In this document: positions 27,281 through 39,044 of the stretch, piece by piece | Numbering within the stretch: the stretch's first letter is position 1 | How the letters are laid out: the number at the start of each line of letters is the position of its first letter | Assembly (NCBI GenBank): GCA_010909165.1 | Contig: MU008159.1 | Coordinates: forward strand, 1,426,001-1,490,000 | From: Anthoceros angustus | Lineage: Eukaryota > Plantae > Anthocerotophyta | DNA length: 64,000 nt | Direction: 5' to 3' | Position numbers and translations under genes: made by a program | Notes under the pieces: generated by a model | The model's database searches: none | What the model was told of the DNA's origin: nothing | What the model saw: the letters and a program-made list of their open reading frames with translations, nothing else

Positions 27281-28603
27281 GTGGCCAACAATGGGTCCGG
27301 GTTCTGTTCAAGAGGTGGGTAGGTAGCGGGGCGTGTTTAGCATAGGCTAGGGGAAGAGCGCATCCGGCGTATGCTTGCGCATGCGCTGGTTGTGTAGGCA
27401 CAAATGATGATGGCAAGCACACGTTTGTGCAAATACAAATGAGTATGGAAGGAAAAACATTTTGGACGCCAGGGGGATATCCTGATGTGAGTTGTGGGAA
27501 GCTGTCCACCTAAACTTCTGAATTCGAGCCAAGCCAAGGTGCATGACCATGGGAGGAACGGAAAGGATTGCGAACGAGAATTAGCGGGTGCCTCCGGGGG
27601 GCAAGCCAATTATGCATGGGCATAGAAAAAGCACTGTTGCTTGAAAAGGTATGTGTGTGGTGATTGTGTCAGGCCAAGAATGGACAGCCTATTGAAGAGG
27701 ACAATGGGTTGCTCCGAGGTGCCTCACGGGGCCAAGAGTCATTGCATAGGCATGGCAATAGAAAAGGGGGCGAGAGGATATGCCGCGGTGCCTCTCGGGG
27801 CAGAGCGTCAACGCACAAGCATGTCCAAAAAAAAAGGAGCCTGAGGGTGCACCGCGGGGCCTCACGGGCCAAGGCTGATCGCTTAGGCATGTAAAAAACA
27901 TAGGGGCTTGAGGGTGCACCGCGATGCCTCACGGGACCAGGGCTTGACACATAGCCTCCTTCAGGGTGACCCCGGTCCCTCACGGGGGCAAGCCTCAATG
28001 CATTGGCACTGGAAAGCTGGAGCAAGTGATAGGGAGATGACGGGAGCAAGCAAAAACCCAAAAGCACTCCAAAATTCAGGCACGTCAGAAGGCGCTGCGC
28101 GGCGGAAATCTTAACCTAAGGGCCATTGCAAAATTCTGGGCATAGAAACCTGCCCGACGGTGGCAAGCCTATAGGGAGGCAAGCGTAAATTATGAGACAA
28201 GTCAAAACCATGGGAACGCAGAAATGACAAAACCTACAAATGGAACGCTCAAAGGCCTCCGCCACCATGTCCTCACAAAACCCTACGATCAAGACGCCTA
28301 AACCTGATGACCAGCAGTCCTAACCCTTATGATCACTGTCCTCGATGATGTAGAGGTCGTTCATCTCCTCCCACAAGACATGGTTAGCGTGCGTCTAGTT
28401 CGTAGAAGAGGTTGGGATGAAATCCAGGAGGGGGCGATAATGTCGGGGCCAGCTGTCCAACACATGAGTCAACCCGTCCGCGTGAAACTTGGCCATCCAC
28501 AACTTGAAGTCCTCCAGGGTGTCTGGGTGCTTCGACCGTGAAGCCCCGCAGTGATCGTTAGGACCCAATGGCCACCCATCAAAATGAGTATGCATGAAAT
28601 AGT

Positions 28604-28890
28604 CCCTACTAGAAATGGCAGCCCATGTTACACTTTATGTTAAGATTTGGACCCCTAGATGTAACACTTATGTTGCAATTTTGGGGTCATGTAACACTTT
28701 TTGCACCTCTTGTTACACTTTGGCTTGGAAACCAAACCGGAGCGTTTCTTGCAACCATGTTGCAATGGTGTTGCAATTATGTTAAGATGAAGTGAGAGGT
28801 GCTTTTGTCCTCTCTCAAGATTGCAACAAGATTGCAACATATAAAGTGTTACAAGAAAAGTCTTGTAACACTTTTGGAGGCTTGGTACCG
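28604..28890. mobile_element. Second CACTA-like terminus with subterminal repeats, inverted relative to the one at 17928
   Basis: CCCTACTAGAAATGGCAGCCCATGTTACA at 28604-28632, followed by tgttgcaa/gtgttaca/tgtaacac motifs. ggaggcttggta at ~28877 is the reverse complement of taccaagcctcc at ~17839. Confidence 0.5.
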
Positions 28891-29559
28891 AACCTCCTCC
28901 CCATCTACCTTCCTCCTTTTAATACTATTACCCTATGGAATACTTAGTTTTTCTTAGTAGTTCCCACTGATACTCGTACGAATACACATATACATAAATA
29001 CATGTACGAATATATTCTTCGTAAAATATACGTATTGTTCATGATGACATATACTATACGATAATTTCCCGTGATATACGGTCATATTCTATTTTGTATA
29101 AAATAAGCATATACGTCACACGGATAACGTACATACTTTGTACACGCCCACGATACGCTTGTCCTTGAGCACTCTGTGCCTTTTGTGCCTACGAGTTTGT
29201 GCTACGCGGACCCATGTTTGCTATGCGCCGGCGTGGGGTTATTTGGCTCCAAGTCCTCCCTCCTTCTCTTTCCCCCTAGACACCTGCCTCATGTCCGTTA
29301 CGCGCCTTTTTGCCTCTGCCTCGACCATGGCTGCTGTTGGTTGCTCCACTCCTATCCTCCCTCTGCCACTCGCCTCTTCCACTCCCTTGCGTTGTTTTCA
29401 CCGGCCCACACTCAACACATGTTTGTTACTTGCGTGACACTCGCCTCTTCTTTGTGCTACAAGACTGGATCCGCCTCCAAACACGCCCCTCCTACTGCAA
29501 TCGGCCTTGTCATTCCCTATTGATCCAAGACCCTGCCCTACTAGCATCGCCTTCTCTAA

Positions 29560-29920
29560 TGTCACATCACAGTCTGGTTACGCATCAAATAAAATTTTGA
29601 GGTAGGAAATCACAGCATGGAATGGGTCTTGGCCTCACCTTGCAGCTATACATGTACATGAGACCCCGCCATTCTTCCATCGCCTCCCCTAACTTCACAT
29701 CATAGTCTGGTTATGCATCAGCTGAAAATTTGAGATAGAAAATAACAGCATGGAATGGGTCTTGGCCTCACCTTGCAACTACTTGCAGTTGTAAATGTAC
29801 ACGAGACACCCCGCCATGCTACTATCGCCTTCTCTAACATCAAATCACACTAGCTAGTTACGCAATGTACAAAATTTGAGAGGAAATCATGATTGGAACA
29901 GTCTTGGCCTCGACCTTGCA
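29560..29920. repeat. Three diverged ~130-145-bp tandem units
   Basis: gcatggaatgggtcttggcctcaccttgca occurs at ~29616 and ~29748, with a diverged copy at ~29890. Confidence 0.75.
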
Positions 29921-30757
29921 ATGCTCGCAAGTACAAGATCCGCTTGCGGACACGTGGTCCCGCCGCCACCATTCCTCCTCCTCCCGCCCGCCTCCTCGCC
30001 TGCCCCGCCTGCGTACCACGCCCCTAATCGCCCCACCCCGCCTTGGTGCCTCGCCCCTCCTCGCCCCGTCCACCTTCTGTGCCCAGACTTGGGTCGCCCC
30101 TGCGTGCCACACCCCTACTCGCCCTGACCCACCTGCTTGCCTTGCCCCTCGTCGCCCCGCCCTGCCTGCATACCTTGCCCCTCCTCGCCCCATCCTGCGT
30201 GCCTGCGTCGCCACTGGCCGCCCTGCCCACCGTGCGTGCCTTGCCCCTAGCAAAAAAATTTCTTTGTTGCGCGTGCACGCAACAACCACATTGCGGGAAA
30301 AAAAGGAAGTTTCGTTTGTGTGTACCAGTGCTCGCGAAGTGGCCGCTTTGGTGTGTCCGCTTTGGGCTACCTCATTTTGGTCGGGTTACCGAAGCGGCCA
30401 GAAGAAAGCCGTGTGGTGTGAAGAAAAGTTTCACGAGCAAGAAAAGTGCCCCCGTCCCCTCTGTCCTCTTTGGTATGCCATACACGTGCTATATAGGTCA
30501 AGTGGCTTTCTTCTGTGCAAATGAGTTGATAATATTTAATCCTCTTTCACGCAATTTTAAAGATAATATCAATTACCAATTGCTTTTTTGTTTTTTAAGT
30601 TTTAGCTCTAGACTGAAAACTGTGTTTTCATTGAGGCGCCGAGGCGCTGAGGCGATGAGGCGCTGAGACGGGGGCACTAGGTAGAGCGGAACTCCAATTT
30701 GGGTGCGGGTACCTAAACACGCGAAAGAACACAAAATGGTGCCATGATGTTGCAGCG

Positions 30758-31926
30758 ATGGCGCCTTGGGCCGGGACGGACGCCGAAGCTATGACGCTGG
30801 TCATCCTGGACCTCGACGGCACGCTCTTGGACACGGAGCGGGTGGTGGAGGAGGTGTCGGAGATCCTGGTGCGGGAGGAGTACGGCAAGGTGTGGGATGG
30901 CAGGGGAGCGGAGAAGCGGCTGGGCAAGCGGCCGCTGGAGGCAGCGGCAGCGCTCATCGCCGACTACCAGCTGCCGTGCACTCCCGAGCATGTGTTTGCG
31001 CGCACCGGCCAGCTGCTGCAGGAGAGATGGTCGTCGGTGCGGCCTCTCCCGGGGCGGCCAGGCTCATCCGGCATCTGGCCAGCCACGGGGTGCCCATGGC
31101 GGTGGCCTCCAGCTCGCCCCGCAGATACCTTGACCTGAAACTGGGCAGCCAGGAGGGATGGACGGAGGCCATGGCCGCGGTGGTGGCCGGGGACGAGGTG
31201 GAGCTGGGTAAACCCTCGCCGGACATCTTCCTGGAGGCGGCGCGGAAGCTGGGGTGGGATCCGGGCAGTTGCGTGGTGATCGAGGACGCTCCGGCCGGCG
31301 TGGCCGCGGGGAAGGCCGCGGGGATGGCGGTGGTGGCTGTCCCGTCCATGCGCGGAAAGGCCGCAAGGCAGCTGTACGCAGGCGCGGACGTGGTGCTTGG
31401 TTCGCTGCTGGATGTGGAGCCGGAGCGATGGGGTTTGCCTGGTTTCCAGGACCGGGTCTCCCGGGCGCTCCCTGTGGAGCCGTTGTATGTAGGCGGCCCC
31501 GTGGTGAAGGGCTTCGGGCGGGGGTCCAAGATGCTGGGCATCCCGACTGCCAATCTGGCCACCTCGGCCTTCTCCGGCGCTCTGGCCGCACATGTCTGCG
31601 GGATCTACCTCGGCTGGGCCGGCCTGGCGGGGTCCGGGGTGTACAAGATGGTTGTGAGCGTGGGTTGGAACCCCTTCTTCGACAACTCGGAGAAGACGGT
31701 GGAGCCGTGGCTGCTGCATCAGTTCCCCGAGGACTTTTACGGCCAGGAGCTGCGGCTGGTTGTGGTAGGTTACATCCGCGCGGAAGCCGATTTCCCGTCC
31801 TTGGAAGCCCTGGTGGCTCGCATCCATGAGGATGCCCGCATCGCAGAGGAAGCCCTGGATTCGGCCCCCTTCTCCGAGTACAAGGACGACCCCTACTTGA
31901 CCACGCCCTTGCCCCAAAGCAGCTGA
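30758..31926 (+). CDS. FHY: Bifunctional riboflavin kinase / FMN hydrolase (HAD + RFK), intronless
   Basis: HAD motifs DLDGT, ASSS, GKPSPDIF and IEDAPAG. RFK motifs GFGRGSKMLGIPTANL, SVGWNPFF, EPWLLH and YIRAE. One frameshift: the G-run at 31051-31054 lacks one G (RPL-PGAARL). No introns. Confidence 0.93.
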
Positions 31927-32190
31927 TTGTTTTACATGTACGTGGCTGGCTTCGATCCCCGCTGCTGCCATTCTTTGTTCCCCGTGGGAACAATTAACGG
32001 TCGTGGCCGCCGTGCACGCATTCTTCGTCCCGCTCGGGAACACTAAACAATTGTATTGCCCGCCACATAGCTCTGTAATCCCTGCCATCTGCGTCAAACA
32101 GTTTGCAGCCACGGAGTGATGAGGGAGGGTGAGAGAGACGAAAAAAAGAAAACGGTCTATAATGATTCAACATCATGATGTTGCCGTCTA

Positions 32191-32275
32191 GGGGTGGTGG
32201 CGCAGTTGGCTAGCGCGTAGGTCTCATAGCTGCTGAGAAATCCTGAGGTCGAGAGTTCGAGCCTCTCTCACCCCA
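32191..32275 (+). tRNA. tRNA-Met(CAU): Elongator tRNA-Met (CAU) with an 11-nt intron
   Basis: GGGGTGGTGGCGCAGTTGGCTAGCGCGTAGGTCTCATA-[gctgctgagaa, 32229-32239]-ATCCTGAGGTCGAGAGTTCGAGCCTCTCTCACCCCA matches the plant elongator tRNA-Met. Anticodon at 32225-32227. Intron TGAGA can pair with TCTCA. T-run terminator at 32280-32283. Confidence 0.97.
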
Positions 32276-33340
32276 ATCCTTTTGGCCCTGTTTATCGTTG
32301 GGGACTAGGGAGCGTGTGTGAGGTCAAGAATCGTTGTCCACGCGCTGCTGTCGTATCTGGTGGCAGAAACTGGTGGTGCAGCGGAGCGGGACTCTTGGGC
32401 GGAGGCTGCGGGCCATGTGATGGGGCACGTGACCCGCCCGCGATCTCTGCCGTGGTGCAGCCTAGAGTGGAAGGCTGTTACCAAGCCAGCCGGGCCCGGG
32501 GAGCGTCCATCATGGCCAGATATGCCTTATTAGGAACTGCACTGGGAACCGGGGGATTTGGGAGCTTCCACCATGATGGCCTGGCGGCCTGGCGGCCCGG
32601 CTACCCTGGTGGGATGTAGTTTATGTGGTGACACAGCAAAGTTTGTTGACGTCGCGGTGACGACATTGCGTGCACCCACGCGGGTGCGTAGCATGGCATG
32701 ACGAAGACGAAGTTGGAGACGAGAGACAGGAGACAGGCATCGGCATGGGAGGAGGGGAGGGGACCCGGGGGGCCAGGGCCCAGAATGTAACTACCTAAAA
32801 CTAATATGTTAATGAGACGAGACGGGACGGGACGGAAAAGGAGCCCGCGGGCCCTAGAAGGAGGCGTGGCCGGCCTGGCAGCGTCGGATGAGAGGCTGGC
32901 GATTGCGACGTGGCGGGCGTGGCGTGCGGCGGTGTGTACTGTCGGTAACCCAGGTTCCGGGTTCCGGGTGTGGGCTAATCATTATCAACTGTTGAGCACT
33001 AGACTATTAACTATTATGTGGAGTGCGGAAGCGGAGGCGGAGGTCCAGGGCGCAGGTGTTTGTACCACATACATATATGTGTCCAGGTGGACAGCGGTGA
33101 GGGTAGCGGCGTTGGGCACGAGGAGGCGATAGTATTATTATCCCGCCCCGATTACGATTATGGGGCAAGATCGCTGCCGTTTTTAGCTCCGAGCCCTTGC
33201 CCGCAAATAGCATGCACTGTGGAGTGCGAGTGCCCGGAGCGCGATGCGTGATCCCGGATAGCCTGGCCTAGCCTAGCCTAGCCTAGCCTATCCCTAGCCG
33301 GGATCCTACCCTATCCCCCGCTCTACCCGGGAAAGGCCTA

Positions 33341-33365
33341 GGGGGCCGGGGCCGGGGCCGGGGCC
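33341..33365 (+). repeat. (GGGGCC)4 hexamer repeat, potential G-quadruplex
   Basis: gggggccggggccggggccggggcc gives four tracts of at least four G. Confidence 0.85.
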
Positions 33366-33602
33366 CTGGCTGGCGGTGACTGTGGGGCGTTGGCTAGGGC
33401 AGCGCGCTGGACTACGTGATGCCTCTGCTTACCCTGCATTAGCTGCGATGGCAACGCTGCCGCGCGCCTTATCCGCTCCCCAACCCATCCCCCCCGCTCC
33501 TGGCCCCCTGGCCTCCTGGCCTGCAGCAAGACCTCACTGGATCCATCAATGGAAGCATGGTATGCGCAGACTGCGGGGGCTTTATGCGACTTGTACCACC
33601 AC

Positions 33603-33603
<1 letters not shown>

Positions 33604-33636
<33 letters not shown>

Positions 33637-33643
33637 GCAGCAG
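33604..33643 (+). repeat. (GCA)n microsatellite, ~10 pure units plus an interrupted tail
   Basis: gcagcagcag...gcagccgcagcag. Confidence 0.9.
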
Positions 33644-34758
33644 TACAAACATGGGAAAGGGATCCCAGGCTGGAGGGCTGGAGGCTGGGCGGTGGGCAGT
33701 GAAACTTGTGTCGACTCGAGTAACGAAAGGAAGACAACACGCCTCGTGGTTCCCCGGTGAAAGGCAACACCATTCTATCTTCTGGCCCAGGCGGGTCGCG
33801 GGGACCAGGCGGGCCAGTGTAAAACGCAACGCAATGTGCATGTGTGTGCACACACTACACCAACCACGTATACCACCCTCACTGTTGGAAGTAAAAAACT
33901 CGCAAGTCTGTGTCGCTGCTCTTGTAACTTGCGAGAGTGAACCTTATCTCCGCGCAAGCAGGCTTGTCCTGGTGCCTGGTGCCTGCTGCCTGCAGCGATG
34001 CTGACATCCACGCCCCCGTGGTCCCTCCCCCCTTCCTTCACGCCTGCCCCCTTCTCCTCCTCTCCTCTCCTCCCTTGCTCTCTTGCAGCCCAGGCTCCAG
34101 GCCCCAGGCCCCAGGCCCCAGGCCCTCAGCTCGGCTGGCTAATGCTTGCCCCCACCCCTGCTTCACTTTCTCCACCGCCGCTCCAGTGTCCCTCCTGCCT
34201 ACAAGTGCTGCTGACCCCTCCTTTCCGTTCTCTTCCTCCCTTTCCTCCTCCCCGCCGCTTGCATGTGATGCAGCCGCCGGGGTCGGAGTTGCGGCTGGGC
34301 AACTCCGCTTTCTCAGCGGGGCCCCGCCCCGAATCACATGTTCCTTCAACCTGCCCCTGTTCCTGCTCCACCTGCCGCTGCTCCTGCTCCTCTCCCCTCT
34401 CCCTCCTCGCATTCCTCTTTGTACCTCCGCTGGGGCAGGCTCAGCTAAGCCCGAGCTCACTCACTTCAGTAGCTCCCTCCCGTCCCCTACGCGGCCATGG
34501 CCACGCTTCTCCCCCCAACTTGCTCCCCCGTCGCCATTCCCTTCCCTGCTTCTCCTTCCCTACCCCCTGCTCATGCTGCTGCTGCAACCCGCGATTGCAG
34601 CCGCGGCTGTCACCATTTCTGATCTCCTCTTCACTCCGGGATTGCTACCTCTCTTGCGTGGGAACTTCAAGGGAATTGCATGATCGCATGCGCATGCCTT
34701 CATCTTGCAGGAACTGGACCAGGCCAGGTGCTTGAAGGCTCAGCGTAGAGTGCGACCC

Positions 34759-37700
34759 ATGGCGCCCGCCAAGCCCCCAATCGCGGATTGGCCGCCGCCG
34801 GTGCCCAACAGGCCTGCGCAGCCGGGGCCTCCACCTACAGGCTGGCGGGCGAGGTGGTGGCGCCCCCGCCGCGGCCCGAGATGCCCAGGGACTCGCGCGG
34901 CTCGCTGGAGGTGTTCGGGGAGCACCCACCGCCGCCAACTCCTTCTTCTCTGCCGGGGTCACCTTGCCGGACAGGTCCGATGTGCCCGTCTTCGGAGGCG
35001 GCTTGGCTGCGGGGCCGCCGCCGCCCCGCCTCCCTCCGCCACCTACGACAAGGACGTCTTCCCGGACGTCCGCCGGAACTACCACTCGGACGGGGAGGAA
35101 GACGACCATTCCCACCTCCAGGGCCGGGTGCTCCCCTTCTCCCTCCACTCCAACTCCAACTCCGCCTCCAAGAAGACGCAGTCGGTGTCGGTGGGGGGAT
35201 GGCCTCCCACCGTCCCCGCCTCCGCCGTCGCCGACAAGAAGGCGCCGTCGTCTCCCCCGCCGCCCTCCGTGCTGGCGCAGGAGTGGATGGGGCTCGACCA
35301 GTTCCCCCGCAAGCAGCACAAGCAGCAGCAGCAGCAGCAGCATCAGGCGAATACGAATGCGAACGGGAATGGGCCTGGGCCTGGGCCCAAGGCGGAGGTG
35401 CAGGCCTACGTGCTTCCGGAGCGGATGGTGACGCCGGCCGCGCTTGCCAAGGCCAAGGTGAAGGAGGAGGTGGTGCTGTCGTCGGACTCCGCCATAGCCG
35501 ACCGGGCCGCGCAGTGGGGGCTGGTCCTCAAGGAGGAGCTGGGTTCCGGGAGGGTGGGCACTCGGAAGTCCGGGGACGAGGCCTCCCCATCCCCGACCGC
35601 GGCGGGGCAGGCCCGCATCTCCGGATCCGTCCCCTCCATGCGCACATCGGAGGGCGGGAGCAGCAGCGATGGCGCTGCTTCTGCCCTCCCCAAGGTCTCC
35701 CGCGACATCAAGGACGCGCTCTCCACCTTCCAGCAGACGTTCGTGGTGTCGGACGCCACCAAGCCGGACTTCCCCATTCTCTACGCCAGCGCGGGCTTCT
35801 TCTCCATGACGGGCTACTCCTCCAAGGAGGTGATCGGCCGGAACTGCCGTTTCCTCCAGGGCCCGGACACGGATCCTGAAGACGTGCAGCGCATCCGCAC
35901 TTCCCTGCGCGACGGCACCACCTTCTGCGGCCGCCTGCTCAACTACCGCAAGGATGGAAGCACTTTCTGGAATCTCCTCACCATCGCCCCCATCAAGGAC
36001 GACTCCGGGAAGGTGATCAAGTTCATCGGCATGCAGGTGGAGGTGAGCAAGTACACGGAGGGCAGCAAGGCCAACGTCCTCCGCCCCAACGGCCTCCCGG
36101 AGTCCCTCATCAAGTACGACGCCCGGCAGAAGGAGAAAGCCTCCGGGTTCGTGTCGGAGCTGGTGACAGCCGTGACCAGGCCTGACCGCGTCGTGCGCAC
36201 CCAGCAGCAGCCTCCTGACAGTACCGGGACCAGCCGGAGGGCGTCGCAGACCAATCTGGGTCAAGGTGACAAGCGGCATTCCATGAGGAGCAGCATGCAG
36301 CATGATGATCCAGAGAGCGTCACAGCAGGCGGCAGGAGCCGGCACCGTTCCTCCGGATTCCTGTCCTTGCTGGGGCTGGACAAGAAGAACAATGCGTTTG
36401 AGAAGGAGGCGGACCCGCTGCAAGACTTCCCGGAGCCGGAGCTCATCATGGTGGACGACGAGCAGGAGCGGCCGGAGAGCCTGGACGACGCGGACCACGC
36501 CAAGGAGATCCGGCGGGGCATAGACCTGGCCACCACGCTGGAGCGGATTGAGAAGAACTTCGTCATCACGGACCCTCGGCTGCCGGACAACCCCATCATC
36601 TTCGCCTCCGACCACTTCCTGGAGCTCACGGAGTACAGCAGGGAGGAGGTGCTGGGGAGGAATTGCCGGTTCCTGCAGGGGCCGGATACCGACAGGGAGA
36701 TGGTGCGGAAGATCGCGGATGCCATCCGGGAGAGGAGAGACGTCACCGTCCAGCTCCTGAATTACACCAAGAGCGGGAAGCCGTTCTGGAACCTGTTCCA
36801 CCTGCAGGCCATGCGCGACCAGAAGGGGGATCTCCAGTACTTCATCGGGGTGCAGCTGGACGGGAGCGAGTACGAGCCGGGGGCTGCCAGGAAGCGGCTG
36901 TCGGAGCGGACGGAGCAGGAGGGTGCCAAGGTGGTGCGGGCCACCGCCCACAATGTGGATGCCGCGGCCAGGGAGCTGCCAGACGCCAACCTCACCCCGG
37001 ACGATTTGTGGGTGCGGCATTCCAGGGTTGTGAGCCCGCTGCCTCACAAGCGGGACAGCCCGCTGTGGCATGCGGTGCAGAGAGTGCAGAGGAGCGGGGA
37101 AAAGCTCGGGCTGAAGCACTTCCGGCCCATCCGGCCGCTGGGGTGCGGGGATACCGGGAGCGTGCACCTGGTGGAGCTCCGGGGGACGGGGCAGCTCTTC
37201 GCCATGAAGGCCATGGACAAGGGGGTGATGCTGGAGCGGAACAAGGTGCACCGGGCGTGCGCGGAGCGGGAGATCCTGGCCATGATGGACCACCCCTTCC
37301 TCCCCACGCTCTACGCCTCCTTCCAGACCAAAACCCACGTCTGCCTCATCACGGACTTTTGCCCGGGGGGAGAGCTCTTTCTCTTGCTCGACCGGCAGCC
37401 GCTCAAGGTGTTCGCGGAGGAGACGGCTAAATTCTTCGCCGCCGAGGTTGTGGTGGCCTTAGAGTACCTGCACTGCATGGGGGTCATCTACCGGGACCTG
37501 AAGCCGGAAAACGTGCTGCTGCAGAGCAACGGCCACATCCTGCTCACGGATTTCGATCTCTCCTTCCTCACATCGTCTCGGCCGCAGCTGGTGCAGCCGG
37601 CCCGGGCAGACGACGGGAGGCGGAGGAAGAGGAGGCGGACGGCCGGCCCCGCCGCCGGTCTTCTTCGCCGAGCCGACTGTGTCGTCCAACAGCTTTGTGG

Positions 37701-38170
37701 GCACGGAGGAGTACATCGCGCCGGAAATCATCGCCGGGGCAGGCCACAGCAGCGCGGTGGATTGGTGGGCGCTGGGGATTCTGCTCTACGAGATGCTCTA
37801 CGGGCGGACGCCGTTCCGGGGGCGGAACCGGCACAAGACCTTCGTCAACGTGCTCAACAAGGAGCTCACATTCCCCAGCAGCATCCCCGTGAGCCTGGCG
37901 GGGAGGCAGCTCATCCGGGGGCTGCTGCAGCGGGATCCCACCCGCCGGCTCGGCGCTTTCCGGGGCGCCAACGACTTGAAGCAGCACCCCTTCTTCCGGG
38001 GCATCAACTGGCCGCTCATCCGGTGCATGCATCCGCCTCCTCTGGACACTCCCATCGGCTTTGTCGGGGGTGGTGAGGATTCGGACGGGGAGGCCAAGGC
38101 GCCCGACCTGGAGTGGGACGAGGCGGAGGCCACCCAGTCTAATTCGCTTACCTTTGGTGATGTCTTCTAG
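34759..38170 (+). CDS. PHOT: Phototropin (LOV1-LOV2-Ser/Thr kinase) with an intronless CDS
   Basis: N-terminal [11 protein letters not shown] motif (34788 frame). LOV1 and LOV2 both have GRNCRFLQG (Cys codons 35845-35847 and 36664-36666). Kinase motifs [28 protein letters not shown] and [14 protein letters not shown]. Frameshifts at about 34.8-35.05 kb and about 37.65 kb lie in GC-rich runs. The start ATG (34759) is tentative. Stop TAG at 38168-38170. Confidence 0.95.
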
Positions 38171-38739
38171 TAACCGCTCTTCCCTTCCACCTGCCTTCCC
38201 TTGCCTGCCCTCTGCATGCACCGGACATGCCATGCCATGGCAAGCTTCTTCTTCAATATTCTGCCCCCATGTCCCGAGGGGCTACAACCCCATCGATGGA
38301 GGGCTACCGTCAAAGATGTACCAGCTGTCTACGGGAGCAGCTAGCCGGGGCTAGAGTTTGATGAGCTTGTACAGCTGTCCTGGCGAGGAGAGGACCCCCA
38401 GTCCAGTAAAGACGACGTCAAGCTTGGGGAAGAGGGCCGCGCTATGAGGTCATCCATCCTTTCTTCCTTCCATCTGTGGAAGAAGAAAGAGTTGCTTGGC
38501 TTAGGCATTTGTGAGCTTTGTTCCTTGTTCGTGGCTCACCAACAGACCTCCGCGGTATCCAGGTAGATGCTGGGCTGGGTGTCTTCCACAGTCTCCACAA
38601 TTGTGTAATCTATTCTATCGATGCTGCTGCCAGGATTGTGGCCCTTGGTGGCTTCTTCGGCTGCACGGACGGCCCCGAAGTGTGTAGGTAGTATGTAAAA
38701 GGTGAATTTACTATGCTTCCCAAAAGCCAGGCCGCTAGC

Positions 38740-38990
38740 CTGTTTACGTGTGGAAGAGGTGGTCAGCTTTCGCAGACTGTGGAGGAAGTATGCCCTCTCG
38801 AGAACACGATCCATTGTTTTGAAAAAAATTATAAAGGTTAATTTAAGTGATGTGTAGCGATGTCTAAGTAATATCTTGATCTTCAATTAACTTTTATAAG
38901 TTTTTTCAAAACAATGGATTGTGTTCTCTTGACAGGACATACTTTCTCCACAACCTGCAAAAGCTGACCACCTCTTCCACACGTAAATAG
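38740..38990. mobile_element. MITE-like foldback element with ~95-bp terminal inverted repeats
   Basis: 38740-~38837 (ctgtttacgtgtggaagaggtggtcagctt...tccattgttttgaaaaaa) is the near reverse complement of ~38893-38990, with an AT-rich spacer between. No clear TSD. Confidence 0.8.
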
Positions 38991-39044
38991 ATGTTTACAC
39001 ATACATGCTCGATCATTGAACATAAATAGATGTTTTAGACACTA

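Noticed and set aside
33937-34683. 248-aa ORF upstream of PHOT as a separate gene
   Set aside because: Pro/Leu/Ser-rich translation of a pyrimidine tract, more likely UTR or intron sequence.
33300-35700. Neochrome (phytochrome-phototropin chimera)
   Set aside because: No PAS-GAF-PHY module or bilin-binding motif upstream of LOV1. The N-terminus has the ordinary phototropin [10 protein letters not shown] motif.
34645-37338. 897-aa minus-strand ORF opposite PHOT, and 300-380-aa ORFs opposite FHY
   Set aside because: Shadow ORFs expected from high GC3 coding sequence, with no recognisable domains.
31040-37660. Programmed frameshifting or pseudogenisation of FHY and PHOT
   Set aside because: Shifts fall in G/C runs, all catalytic motifs are intact, and the same error type hits centrin, so sequencing error is more likely.
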